Of a stretch of 64,000 nucleotides of DNA, positions 8,835-18,305 are shown in pieces. Position numbers and translations under genes: made by a program. Below the pieces are notes generated by a model that was not told the origin of the DNA, did not search any database, and saw nothing but the letters and a program-made list of their open reading frames with translations. This DNA is from Trueperaceae bacterium (GTDB taxonomy: Bacteria > Deinococcota > Deinococci > Deinococcales > Trueperaceae): contig OZ243913.1 in the NCBI GenBank assembly GCA_965213705.1, positions 1,536,001-1,600,000 of the forward strand. The letters are read 5' to 3'. Every line of letters begins with the position of its first letter. Positions within the stretch are counted from its first letter, which is position 1.

Positions 8835-9914
8835 GTGAAGAGTCAAGCTGAGGAAAAACGAGTTGCGCAAAACCTAGTTGCGCAGGGCGAAGCGGCGGAG
8901 CAGCGGACTGCCGAGAACCTGGCACCTGCACCCGTCATCGTCGTCACAGGCGCGACCGGCAACGTTGGCGAGTGGGTGGTGCGCGGCCTGTTAAAGCGCG
9001 GTGCGCGCGTCCGCGTTGCGGTGCGCGACCCCGAGGGGGCCGAAGCGTTGTTCGGCCCCAGGGCTGACTACGTGCGGCTCGAATTCGGCGAAGAAGGAAC
9101 TTACGAACAAGCGTTCGCGGGCGCTCAGGCTTTGTTCCTGATTCGCCCGCCGCAGATTGCGGACGTCGCGCGGAAAATTATTCCGGCGCTAAAAGCGGCC
9201 AAGCTGGCCGGGGTCGAGCGTGTGGTTTTTCTGTCGCTGCAGGGTGCCGAGCGCAACAAGGTGGTGCCGCACCGCCGCGTCGAGGACCACCTCAAAGCGC
9301 ACGGGCCGGCCTGGACTTTTCTGCGGCCCAGTTTTTTTATGCAAAACTTGTCCACCACGCACCGCCGCGACATTGCGGTGCATGACGAGATTTTCGTACC
9401 CGCCGGTGCCGGCCGCACCAGCTTTATCGACGTGCGGGACGTGGCCGCCGTCGCCGTCACCGCGCTCACCGAGCCGGGTCACACCTTTGAAGCCTACGAG
9501 TTGACCGGCGAGGCGTTTGACTACACCCGAGCCGCGCGCATTTTGAGCGCGGTGCTGAACCGACCCATCGCTTACGCCAACCCGTCACCGTGGCGCTTTT
9601 GGCGGCGGATGCGCGGTTACGGTTACCCGGCCGGTTACGTCGGGGTGATGCTCGCGCTCTACACCGCCTGCCGGTTCGGTCTGGCCGCACGCGTCACGCC
9701 CGAAGCCGCACGCTTGCTCGGTCGTGCGCCCCTCTCTTTCGAGCAGTTTGCCCGCGACTACGCCGACTGCTGGCAGAAACCGGCCGCCGTTCCGAGCACG
9801 GGTGAGCCGGAACCTGCTGAGCGGAAGTTTACTGAGTCAGAACCTACTGAGTCAGAACCTACTGAGCCGGCGCACGGCAAGACGGCGTCGGCACCAAAAC
9901 CGGAGGCAACATGA
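8835..9914 (+). CDS. NmrA-like NAD(P)H-binding SDR
   Basis: VTGATGNVG, LRPSFFMQN; leaderless TAAACT 6 nt before GTG; TESEP tandem repeats in the tail. Confidence 0.85.
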   Translation: MKSQAEEKRVAQNLVAQGEAAEQRTAENLAPAPVIVVTGATGNVGEWVVRGLLKRGARVRVAVRDPEGAEALFGPRADYVRLEFGEEGTYEQAFAGAQALFLIRPPQIADVARKIIPALKAAKLAGVERVVFLSLQGAERNKVVPHRRVEDHLKAHGPAWTFLRPSFFMQNLSTTHRRDIAVHDEIFVPAGAGRTSFIDVRDVAAVAVTALTEPGHTFEAYELTGEAFDYTRAARILSAVLNRPIAYANPSPWRFWRRMRGYGYPAGYVGVMLALYTACRFGLAARVTPEAARLLGRAPLSFEQFARDYADCWQKPAAVPSTGEPEPAERKFTESEPTESEPTEPAHGKTASAPKPEAT

Positions 9915-10381
9915 GCTTTATCGGTAACCTCGTCGGCGCCGTGCTGCGTCCCCTGCTCGAGCGCCAAGCCAAAAACCGTTCGTTGGAAGAGTTGGCGGCA
10001 GCCCTCGAGCGCTCTGGGACGGAGGTTAAAAAACGCCTGGAAGCTGCGCCCGACACGCCACGCAACCGGGAGGTCGCCAACCACATCGTCGGGATAGAGC
10101 GCTGGGGTCAGCGCCGTCTCCGGACGGCACTCGGCGAACCGCTCACGTCCGACCCTTACCACGGCTACCGCCTGCCCGAGGACGCCTCTTTGGACGACCT
10201 GAAAAACGCCTACGCCAAAACGAGGTGGGCGACCCTCGAGCTGATAAGCGAGTTGAAAACGCAGCGGGTCGACGCCGCGCGCAAAGTTCGCCACAACGAT
10301 TTGGGCGAGCTGAGCGTCAGGGGTTGGCTCGCCTACCTCGACGGGCACGCGAAGCGCGAAAGCACCCGGCTGAAAGCGTGA
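9911..10381 (+). CDS. DinB-superfamily four-helix protein
   Basis: EVANHIVGIE...HNDLGELSVRGWLAYLDGHA pattern; ATGA overlap. Confidence 0.65.
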   Translation: MSFIGNLVGAVLRPLLERQAKNRSLEELAAALERSGTEVKKRLEAAPDTPRNREVANHIVGIERWGQRRLRTALGEPLTSDPYHGYRLPEDASLDDLKNAYAKTRWATLELISELKTQRVDAARKVRHNDLGELSVRGWLAYLDGHAKRESTRLKA

Positions 10382-10438
10382 CGTTCCCGGCTATTTGCTC
10401 GAGCTGACGGGTTAGGCCGCACCCTTTTCCAAAAGGCT

Positions 10439-10491
10439 CCGCCGCAGACTCGAACCGCCGCAGACCCAGACCGCCGCAGACTCGGACCGCC
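10439..10491. repeat. 16-bp tandem repeat, about 3.3 copies (CCGCCGCAGACYCRRA)
   Basis: Read directly in the intergenic sequence. Confidence 0.8.
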
Positions 10492-10645
10492 TGTCTTTTT
10501 GGCCCGCACCGGTTGGCGGAGCCGGCTCACGTCGCTGAAAAGGCACTCGGCTTCGGCCGGTCTTAAACCGTGCATGACGAACGCCCTCAGCTTGAGCGCT
10601 CTTTCGGGAGACCGGCTGCAAGTTCGGCTCTGCTAGACTGAACCC

Positions 10646-10885
10646 GTGGGCGGTTGGATAGGCAAGGACTTAGACTTAGGCAGCTATTTTTTCTCGGTGC
10701 AAGACCCGACTGTGTGGACCTGGCTCGCCCTGGTAAACAGTGTGCTCGGGCCTTTTTTCGCCCTGCCCGTGCTGTGGAACCCCAAGCTCGGCGCGTTGCG
10801 CAAGCTCGGCTGGATAGGTCTCGGTTTTGCGTTGCCGCCGGTCGCCATGCTCGGCTACTGGCTGTGGGCGCGGCGCTCGAGCTGA
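10646..10885 (+). CDS. Small membrane protein
   Basis: Two hydrophobic segments; leaderless TAGACT 6 nt before GTG. Confidence 0.6.
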   Translation: MGGWIGKDLDLGSYFFSVQDPTVWTWLALVNSVLGPFFALPVLWNPKLGALRKLGWIGLGFALPPVAMLGYWLWARRSS

Positions 10886-10926
10886 TGCCCCGGCCGGACC
10901 CCGGTCGGCGGGCGAAAGAGGCGGGT

Positions 10927-11865
10927 TCAGGTATGCGGGTTCGCGGCGTAGGGTTCTCGGGCCTGGCGTAACGCCTCGACCTGTTCTTGCGTAACGGGTT
11001 CCGAGCCCAAACGCCCAAACGTCTCCGGCCCGCCGTGTTCGTCCGAGCCGCCGGTGACGGGCAACCCGAACAGTTTGGCGAGGAGTGCGAAGTGCCGCCG
11101 CTGCTGTCGGTTCAACCGGTAGTGAAAGACCTCTATACCGTCCAGCCCCATCTCGACGAGTTCGGCCAGGCCGCGCTCGTTCAAAAGTTCCAAGTCGGTC
11201 GCGCGCCGCACGATGGACGGGTGCGCGAGCACCGCGACGCCGCCCAAACTGTGGACAAAACGGATGGTCTCGGCCATGCCCGGCGCGGCGTGCTCGCTTG
11301 TCCAGGCCGTTTCCGCCATAGCGGTGTCGAGCACCTTTGCGGCCTGGGCGGAACTCCCCACCAGACCCTGGCGGGTCAGGGAGTCGCGCAGGGCCAAAAA
11401 GCCGGGGAAGTCCGCGTGGGTCGCCAGCACGTCGTCCAAGTGGAGTTTGTACCCCAACGTCTGCAGAGTCTGGCACACGACCTCCGCCCGCGCGGTAAGA
11501 CGTGCGCGGGTGTTCGTCTCGTGCTCCAACAGCAGTTCGTGGTAAGGGTCGATAAAGTAAGCCAGAATGTCGATGTCCGGCCCGCCGCCGTGCCCGACGT
11601 AGCCCGGCCAGGCCGCGGTCAGTTCGGTGGCGGGGATGAGTTCCAAGTCCAGTTCACGCGCCAGGCTCGCGCCTTCGCGGCTCGCTCGAGCCGTTTCGTG
11701 GTCGGTAATCGCCACGGTCTGCAGCCCTTTTCGCTTGGCCCCAGTGAGGAGTTCCAAAGGCGACGAACGCCCGTCGGAGTAAAAAGTGTGCGTGTGCAGG
11801 TCGACCGGATGACGTTCGGTGTCCGACGGTTGGGGTTTTGAGGACGAAGCTCTGCGTTTGAACAT
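10927..11865 (-). CDS. PHP-domain phosphoesterase
   Basis: DLHTHTFYSDG, AITDH, LAHP, GGSDEHG. Confidence 0.9.
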   Translation of the reverse strand: MFKRRASSSKPQPSDTERHPVDLHTHTFYSDGRSSPLELLTGAKRKGLQTVAITDHETARASREGASLARELDLELIPATELTAAWPGYVGHGGGPDIDILAYFIDPYHELLLEHETNTRARLTARAEVVCQTLQTLGYKLHLDDVLATHADFPGFLALRDSLTRQGLVGSSAQAAKVLDTAMAETAWTSEHAAPGMAETIRFVHSLGGVAVLAHPSIVRRATDLELLNERGLAELVEMGLDGIEVFHYRLNRQQRRHFALLAKLFGLPVTGGSDEHGGPETFGRLGSEPVTQEQVEALRQAREPYAANPHT

Positions 11866-11951
11866 CGGGCTCGAGCATACTTTACGGCTTGGACCCTGAC
11901 CGTGTTCTGGGCGGGTTCGTGTTGAGCGGGTTCAATCTGTTAGCATCGCGC

Positions 11952-12770
11952 ATGACTATAGGACTCGTTTTAAGCGGCGGCGGCAGTCGCTGTCTCGCGC
12001 ACATCGGGGTACTCAAGGCTTTGGAAGAGCGCGGCGTCGGCTTGGACGCCATCTCGGCCTGTTCGACGGGCGCGTTCGTGGCCGCGCTCGCCGCGGCCGG
12101 ACACGGTTCGGCCGCCATCCAGGACATCCTGAGCGCTAACCTGTTCAGCGTGATAAGTCTCAGCAAAGACAGCGGTCTGGCCGACCAGGACGCCATCGCG
12201 GCGCTGCTCCAGGAACACCTGCCCGCGCGCTTCGAAGACTTGAAGCTGCCGCTGGCGGTCGTCGCCGCCGACATTCAAAACGGCGAGTCGCTCGTCCTCA
12301 GGAAAGGCGCACTCGTCCCGGCACTGTGCGCCAGCAACGCTTTTCCGGGGCTGTTCGACGCGGTCGAACTGGGGGGCCGCTTTCTCATCGACGGAGGCAT
12401 CTTGAACAACGTGCCGGTCGACGTCATCAAGGTGTTGACGACCTCGCCCGTGCTCGCCGTCGACGTCAGCCAGCCGAAGACGGAACGGGTGGACTTGGGC
12501 GACAAAAAAGAGGGCTTGCTCCACCGACTCGCCGGCGCCGTGACGCAACAGGTGACCCTGCCGGTCGCCATGCTGCGCAAGTCCTACATCGTCGCGCAGA
12601 GTTTTATCACCGAGGTTCGCTTGACGATGCACCCGCCCGACCTGCTGGTTTGCCCCGACTTGGGCGATTTCGGCATTTTCGACTTCGGCGACATCGACCG
12701 GGCGGTGGCGGTCGGCTACCAGGCCACGCTGGCGGCGCTGGCTCAGGAAGGCTACAAGCTCGAGCGCTAA
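11952..12770 (+). CDS. Patatin-like phospholipase
   Basis: LSGGGSR, ACSTG nucleophile elbow, DGG; leaderless TAGCAT before ATG. Confidence 0.9.
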   Translation: MTIGLVLSGGGSRCLAHIGVLKALEERGVGLDAISACSTGAFVAALAAAGHGSAAIQDILSANLFSVISLSKDSGLADQDAIAALLQEHLPARFEDLKLPLAVVAADIQNGESLVLRKGALVPALCASNAFPGLFDAVELGGRFLIDGGILNNVPVDVIKVLTTSPVLAVDVSQPKTERVDLGDKKEGLLHRLAGAVTQQVTLPVAMLRKSYIVAQSFITEVRLTMHPPDLLVCPDLGDFGIFDFGDIDRAVAVGYQATLAALAQEGYKLER

Positions 12771-12964
12771 GTATCTCCGTGGTAAATTTGCTCCTGCAAA
12801 TTCACCCGAGTGGAGCGAGTACGGATAGACCGACTGAGCATTCTGCAAAGTCACCCTAGATTAGCTTAAAGCTCACCAGACCTCTTTTACAAATCCAGTT
12901 GCAACGCTGGTTGCCAGTCTTGTTGCTCAGTTGACACGGGTTGAGGGCGGTTTACTCGGCTTCG

Positions 12965-13504
12965 TTACCGCCGCGTTTTCTCAGCGGCGTCGGGGACGAA
13001 GCCTCGCGATTCACCCCTGGCGATGGAAAGTGTCTGCCAGTCGGCACCCTTAAGGTGTTTCGCCAGCAGCACGATTTGGCCGACGTGTTGGGCGTAGTGG
13101 GCGGTCTGCCGCGACAGCGCCTCGAGCACGGTGTGTTTTTGCCCGCGAATCCTCACGGTTTGCAACAGGTGTTCCGGCGTGAGTTCGTGCAGGGTTGTAA
13201 ACAGCGCCGCCCAACCCGCTTCCCAAACCTGCATCAGCTCGGCGGGTCCAAGGTCGTCGACGAACTCTTCGTCGCGCTGCCGGTCGGGTTTCTCGCCGTC
13301 ACTCGTCAAAAAGTCGCGCCAGCGTGAACGCATGTTGCCCGACAAGTGCTTGACGATGACGGCGACGGAATTGCCTTCCGGGTCGAGTTGCCGGTGAAAG
13401 TCCGCGGGCTCGAGCTGCGCCAGTGCTTTTTCGGCTAAACGTTTTTGGCCGCGAAAAGTCGCCGCGGCCGTCTCCAAATAGTGCTGTTCCAACGACTGAG
13501 GCAT
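12965..13504 (-). CDS. DUF1572 / DinB-family protein
   Basis: NSVAVIVKHLSGNMRSRW.DFLTSDGEKP.R.RD.EF; HYAQHVGQI. Confidence 0.85.
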   Translation of the reverse strand: MPQSLEQHYLETAAATFRGQKRLAEKALAQLEPADFHRQLDPEGNSVAVIVKHLSGNMRSRWRDFLTSDGEKPDRQRDEEFVDDLGPAELMQVWEAGWAALFTTLHELTPEHLLQTVRIRGQKHTVLEALSRQTAHYAQHVGQIVLLAKHLKGADWQTLSIARGESRGFVPDAAEKTRR

Positions 13505-13572
13505 AGACAAAAGTGTACACGAACATGTTGGCGCGGCGACCCTTTGCTAAAAACTTGGCCTGAGTCTTGGGT

Positions 13573-14217
13573 TCAGGCCGCTTCTCTGAACAGCTCGTCC
13601 ACGACCGCGCCGCGCAAAAGCGCGTCGTAAACGCCCGCTATGTACACGTCCGTCAGGTCGACTTCGATAGGGGCGTACGCGCGGTTGTGCGGTCTGAGCG
13701 AAGCGGTGCCGTCGGGGTGCAAGTCCAGGTATTTCAAGGTGGTTTCGTCTTCGTGTCTTACCGCGCAGATGTCGCCGTTTCGGTAGGGCGCTTTTTTCAG
13801 GATGACGACGTCCCCGTCTTGGATGGGCTCGCTCATTGAGTCGCCTTTGACCCGCAGGGCGAAGCGGTCTTCGCGGCCCGGCACGTTTAAGAAGCCTTCT
13901 AAGTGCTCGACCGCCTCGTGCAGACCGCCGGCGGCGATGCTGCCCAGCAGCGGGACGCCCTGCTGCAGGGTGCCGTCGTCGCCAAGGGTCAGGTTGCCGT
14001 ACTCAAACAGCCGGATGATGGGCGGTTTGCCCCGGCCTTGCGTTTGAAACGTCAGGTAGCCTTTGGTGTCAAGGGCTTCCAAGTGCTGCTTCAGCGACAC
14101 GTAGTGCATGCCCACCGCTTTGGCGACGTCGTTTAGGTTCGGTTGCCCGCCGCGCTCTCGCCACTGCTTTTTGAGCAGCGTCAACACGCGCTGCTGTGGT
14201 TGGGTCAGTTCAATCAC
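13573..14217 (-). CDS. lexA: LexA-family repressor (wHTH plus S24 autopeptidase)
   Basis: LTQPQQRVL N-terminal wHTH; VPLLGSIAAG cleavage site; GDSM Ser; TLK Lys; GTG start at 14217 after AAAGGGG. Confidence 0.85.
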   Translation of the reverse strand: MIELTQPQQRVLTLLKKQWRERGGQPNLNDVAKAVGMHYVSLKQHLEALDTKGYLTFQTQGRGKPPIIRLFEYGNLTLGDDGTLQQGVPLLGSIAAGGLHEAVEHLEGFLNVPGREDRFALRVKGDSMSEPIQDGDVVILKKAPYRNGDICAVRHEDETTLKYLDLHPDGTASLRPHNRAYAPIEVDLTDVYIAGVYDALLRGAVVDELFREAA

Positions 14218-14241
14218 AGATTCATCCCCTTTGTCAAGAGA

Positions 14242-14260
14242 CACCTTAGATAATAAGGTA
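14242..14260. promoter_or_regulatory. Palindromic operator copy 2: CACCTTA-GATAA-TAAGGTA, between lexA and SRAP
   Basis: 18 nt identical to copy 1; overlaps + strand TTGTCA-17-TAAGGT promoter; lies just downstream of - strand TTGACT-18-TACTCT promoter. Confidence 0.8.
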
Positions 14261-14337
14261 TTGTTACAGAGTAAGACGAACCCCGTGCGCAAGTCAAGCG
14301 CAAGACTTTACAAGTGGGAGTTTACCGGGAGGTTTTT

Positions 14338-14988
14338 ATGTGCGGTCGCTACGCGGCGAAGTGGGAGCCGGCCGAGTTTCAAAACGTGTTCGGCGTTCAG
14401 CCACCCTTGTTCGAGAGCTACAACGTAGCGCCGACGCAGTACGCGCCCGTCGTGTTGCGTCGAGGCGAGCGGGAAGTGGTGTTCGCCCGCTGGGGGCTCG
14501 TTCCTCGTTGGGTCGACAAACCGCTCGACTTTAGGGCGAACCTGTGCAACGCTCGAGCCGAAACCCTGCCAGAAAAAGCAAGTTTCAAGCGCCCGTTCAA
14601 GTCTCAGCGCTGCTTGGTCCCGGCCTCGGGCTTTTACGAGTGGCGGAAAGTCGGGGCAGCCAAGCAACCCTTCTACATCCGTTTGGAAGGCGCTGCGCCT
14701 CTGGCCTTTGCAGGTCTTTACGACCACTGGCAAAAAGACGACCAGAGCTTTTACTCTTACACCGTCATCACGACCTCACCCAACGCGTTTATGCAAAACA
14801 TTCACGACAGGATGCCGGTCGTCTTGGCGCCCGAGCACTTCGGGACCTGGCTGGGCGAGGACGGCGACCCAGGGGACTTGGAGGCCCTGCTCAGACCTTA
14901 CGAGGGTAACCTGGAGGCTTACGAAGTCGACAAAAGGGTCGGCAAAGTCAGGGAAAACGACGAACACCTGCTCGAGCCTGTAATCTAA
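14338..14988 (+). CDS. SOS response-associated peptidase (SRAP / YedK / HMCES, abasic-site protection)
   Basis: N-terminal MCGRY, YNVAPTQ, NARAET, GFYEW, IHDRMP; GGAGG RBS. Confidence 0.95.
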   Translation: MCGRYAAKWEPAEFQNVFGVQPPLFESYNVAPTQYAPVVLRRGEREVVFARWGLVPRWVDKPLDFRANLCNARAETLPEKASFKRPFKSQRCLVPASGFYEWRKVGAAKQPFYIRLEGAAPLAFAGLYDHWQKDDQSFYSYTVITTSPNAFMQNIHDRMPVVLAPEHFGTWLGEDGDPGDLEALLRPYEGNLEAYEVDKRVGKVRENDEHLLEPVI

Positions 14989-15062
14989 AGAAGCGCTCGC
15001 GCCGCCCGTCTAGAACACGCGCGGCGACGGCGGGCTAAACTGGTCTCAAAGGGGGGTGGCGA

Positions 15063-16067
15063 ATGGTTTCGACCACACACAGGACAAGTCAACAGGGGTT
15101 TGGCCGGGCGGCCTCGGGTGAAGTAGCCGAGGGCGTCGTTCGGGTTCCCACCGTTTTTGTAAACGCGTACCTGGTCGACGCGCCCGGCGGAGCCTGGGTG
15201 CTGGTGGACACGGGCCTGCCCGGTTTCGCTTGGCGCGTGCGTCAGGCCGCGGCCGCGCGTTACGGGGCGGGGTCGCGGCCGGCGGCCATTCTCCTTACCC
15301 ACGGCCATTTCGACCACGCGGGCTCGGCTTTGGAGCTGGCTAAAAGCTGGGACGTACCCGTTTACGCCCACAAGCTCGAGCTGCCTTACCTGACCGGGCG
15401 CTCCGACTACCCGCCGCAAGACCCCACGGTCGGCGGCGCTATCGCGCAGATGTCGCGGGTTTTTCCGCACCACGGTTACGACTTCGGGCGCTACGTGCGC
15501 GCGCTGCCGGAGGACGGCCGCGTACCCGCCCTGCCGAAGTGGCGCTGGCTGCACACGCCGGGCCACACACCCGGTCACGTTTCGCTGTGGCGCGCTGCGG
15601 ACCGCACGCTGCTGGCGGGCGACGCGTTTGCAACCATGAACTTAGACTCGTGGGTGTCGCAAGTAACGCACGAGCGCGAGCTGAGCCGCCCGCCGGCCCC
15701 CTTCACCCCCGACTGGGCCGCGGCGCGGCGGTCGGTCGAGGTGCTCGCGGCCCTGGTGCCTGCACGCGTCGCCGCCGGGCACGGCCGGTCGTTGGCCGGG
15801 CCGGCGTTGGCGGCGCGGTTGAAGGGTTTTGCCGCCCGCTTCGTGCCCCCGCCGCACGGTCGCTACGTGGGCCGTCCGGCGCGTGCCGACGCGAGCGGCA
15901 CGGTCGCGCTGCCCCCGCCGGTCGCCGACCCCGTGCTCGGCAAAGCTGCCGCGGTCGTGGGTGGTTTGGGGTTGGTGGGGTTGGCCGTGGGGGTGTACGC
16001 CCTGTCGCGCCGTAGCGACGGCGTTTCAAAGGATACCTCTGCAAACTTCAGCGGGTCGAGCTTGTGA
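15063..16067 (+). CDS. MBL-fold metallo-hydrolase
   Basis: LTHGHFDHAG, TPGHTPGH, GDA, GHG. Confidence 0.9.
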   Translation: MVSTTHRTSQQGFGRAASGEVAEGVVRVPTVFVNAYLVDAPGGAWVLVDTGLPGFAWRVRQAAAARYGAGSRPAAILLTHGHFDHAGSALELAKSWDVPVYAHKLELPYLTGRSDYPPQDPTVGGAIAQMSRVFPHHGYDFGRYVRALPEDGRVPALPKWRWLHTPGHTPGHVSLWRAADRTLLAGDAFATMNLDSWVSQVTHERELSRPPAPFTPDWAAARRSVEVLAALVPARVAAGHGRSLAGPALAARLKGFAARFVPPPHGRYVGRPARADASGTVALPPPVADPVLGKAAAVVGGLGLVGLAVGVYALSRRSDGVSKDTSANFSGSSL

Positions 16068-16359
16068 GGCGGCCTGTTGCGCTCAGCGCAGAAGAATTCT
16101 TTCGTGACCGGCTGCGCAAGTTCGGCACGACACGAGCCGACGTTTGTTTCTAAGGTCGAGCGGGTGAACGTGCCCACGCGCCTCTCGAGACCGTGCGGAT
16201 TCCGGCGGTCGGGGTGCTCGAGCCGCGTGAGGCACGCTAAAACGTGCTCCAGTGCGCAGAGTGTAGCAGTCGTTCCGGCCTACATTGGCTGTTGGGTACG
16301 TGGAGTAGGTTACACTCGGAAGGTTCGGTAACCTACAACTAGCAACGAAAGGGGAGACT

Positions 16360-16872
16360 GTGGACCAGGAGACTCGGCAAACGCCACCCTTCAGCGAGGT
16401 GAACGCTCAAGGCGGCAGCAAGGTGTCGGCGCAGGGGGCAACGAACAAAGTCGCAGCCGACGCGCGGCACACGGCGGAAGAAGTGTTCGGCGAGGCCAAA
16501 GCGCAACTCAAAGACGTCGGCGCAACCTTACAAGAACAAGCGCTCGGCGTGTTCGAACGGCACCGCGGCGACGTCGCCGGACAAATCGACGACCTCACGC
16601 AAACGTTGCGCCGCAGCGGCGAGGAACTGCGCCAGCAAAAGCTTGGCAACATCGCGCACTACGCCGACAGCGCGGCCGACGCGGTCGGCGACGTGACGAC
16701 TTACTTGCGCGAGCGCGACGGCGCGGCCATGCTTCACGACCTGGAGCGGGCCGCCAAACAGCAACCTCTCCTTTTGTACGGAGGCCTGTTCGCCCTGGGG
16801 GCAGCGGGCGTGTGGTTTTTCAAGAACTCTAGTCAACTAGAGGCTACAGTTCCCCGGGAGGTTGTACCATGA
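16360..16872 (+). CDS. Helical protein with C-terminal membrane anchor (ElaB/YqjD-like)
   Basis: Amphipathic helices ending QPLLLYGGLFALGAAGVWFFK; operon with the next two genes. Confidence 0.7.
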   Translation: MDQETRQTPPFSEVNAQGGSKVSAQGATNKVAADARHTAEEVFGEAKAQLKDVGATLQEQALGVFERHRGDVAGQIDDLTQTLRRSGEELRQQKLGNIAHYADSAADAVGDVTTYLRERDGAAMLHDLERAAKQQPLLLYGGLFALGAAGVWFFKNSSQLEATVPREVVP

Positions 16873-17252
16873 CCGATGACAAACGTTCTTTAGGTGACAT
16901 CGTCGGCGACGTGACGAGCGAGTTCGGCACGCTCGTCCGTGAGGAAATAGCCCTCGCCAAGGCCGAAGTCCAGCAAACGCTTTCCCAAGCGGTCGGCGAC
17001 GTCGTCGCCATCGTTCTGGGTGGGTTCGTCGCTTACACAGGCTTGTTGGTGCTCATTGCGGCGGCCGTCCTGGGTCTGGCGACGGTGGTTGCGCCGTGGT
17101 TGTCCGCGCTCCTCATCGGCATCGTCTTGGCACTTGTCGGCGCGATTCTGCTGCGCCGCGGCATCAAAGACCTCGGCAACCTGTCAGGCGCACCCAGAAC
17201 GGCGGAAACCCTCAAAAGAGACGCCGCGATGGTGAAAGAGAAACTGCCGTGA
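16869..17252 (+). CDS. YqjE-like 'phage holin family' membrane protein
   Basis: RSLGDIV...LVREEIALAKAE, two TM segments, PRTAETLKRD. Confidence 0.85.
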   Translation: MTDDKRSLGDIVGDVTSEFGTLVREEIALAKAEVQQTLSQAVGDVVAIVLGGFVAYTGLLVLIAAAVLGLATVVAPWLSALLIGIVLALVGAILLRRGIKDLGNLSGAPRTAETLKRDAAMVKEKLP

Positions 17253-18181
17253 GCGACAACCGCAGTCCCGCAGAAATTCAGCGCGACATCGAAAAAACGC
17301 GCGACCGACTTGCCGAAGACTTGGACGAACTGAGCTACCGGGTCAGCCCGGAAGGCCTGCGCAACCGGGCCGAAACAGGCCTCGAGGACCTGAAAGAAAC
17401 CGCCCTCGGCACGACCCAAGACGCGTTGCGCGGGCTGACCGACCGCGCCGAGGCGGCGAGCGAGTCGTTCAGCGCCCGGCTCAGCGCCCGCCCCTTGCCC
17501 TTGAGCGTGCTGGGGGCGGTTTTCGGCGTCGGGTGGCTGCTTGTAAACGCGGCCAAGCAGGGCAGCCGCGCGCGGCGCGCCGCCCCGGTGCTCCCGCCGA
17601 CCTCGCCCGGGGGTACGGGTCGCCTTGTCGACGCCGCGGGCGAGGTCGTCTACGAACCCGAACAAAAGCCGGACTGGCTCACCGCTGGCGACCACGGCAA
17701 GCCCGCCACCCAAACGCTGCTGATAAGCGCGGTCGCCCTGGCGAGCGGGGCCGCCGTCGGCGCGCTGTTGCCGGACCAGGAAACCCTCAAACAACAGGTT
17801 TCCGAACCGCGCTCGCAGCCTTCGGGACGGCCCGAACGCGTCCCGGTCATGCCCGGAACTGTCGCCGCCCCAGCTGCCAAACCTGCGCCTCTCGAGAGCG
17901 AGCCTGCCGACCCCTCAAACCCTGTGCCGGAAAACGAGGCGTTCCGGGCTCACTACGAAACGGCGTTTGCGCCGTCCGGCCGGGACTACAGCTATTTCGA
18001 GCCCGCTTACGTTTACGGTAGCGGTTTGCCGAGCGCGCCCATGCACCGGAGCCGCAGTTGGGCCGAGGCCGAGGCCGACGCGCGGCGCGACTGGGAGCGC
18101 AGTCACTCGGAGCCCTGGGACGACGTCCGCGACGCCGTTCGGCAGGGCTGGGAGCGCGGCCTGGAAAACAGACAAACGTAA
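17249..18181 (+). CDS. DUF3618-domain protein
   Basis: RSPAEIQRDIEKTRDRLAEDLDELSYRVSP; GTGA overlap. Confidence 0.8.
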   Translation: MSDNRSPAEIQRDIEKTRDRLAEDLDELSYRVSPEGLRNRAETGLEDLKETALGTTQDALRGLTDRAEAASESFSARLSARPLPLSVLGAVFGVGWLLVNAAKQGSRARRAAPVLPPTSPGGTGRLVDAAGEVVYEPEQKPDWLTAGDHGKPATQTLLISAVALASGAAVGALLPDQETLKQQVSEPRSQPSGRPERVPVMPGTVAAPAAKPAPLESEPADPSNPVPENEAFRAHYETAFAPSGRDYSYFEPAYVYGSGLPSAPMHRSRSWAEAEADARRDWERSHSEPWDDVRDAVRQGWERGLENRQT

Positions 18182-18206
18182 GCCTCAGCGGTTAAAAACT
18201 GTGTCC

Positions 18207-18247
18207 AACTTCTTACGGCCGCCCACGCGAGGCGGCCGTAAGAAGTT
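18207..18247 (+). terminator. Hairpin terminator
   Basis: AACTTCTTACGGCCGCC / GGCGGCCGTAAGAAGTT inverted repeat. Confidence 0.7.
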
Positions 18248-18305
18248 TGTTACGAACGAGGTCGACGCGACTTTCTACCCGCAGCGCAGGGTTAAACTGG
18301 AAGGA

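Noticed and set aside
8500..8870. ORFs 8500-8724 and 8613-8870
   Set aside because: No recognisable motifs or start signals; region contains short 12-bp repeats; likely non-coding
10439..10491. CRISPR-like array
   Set aside because: Contiguous 16-bp tandem units with no spacers and no cas genes
14218..14292. Longer LexA N-terminus (239 aa)
   Set aside because: Would span the promoter and operator; GTG 14217 has an SD and gives the canonical LexA start
16869..17252. Phage holin indicating a prophage
   Set aside because: YqjE-like family in a typical host operon with a DUF3618 gene; no endolysin or phage genes nearby
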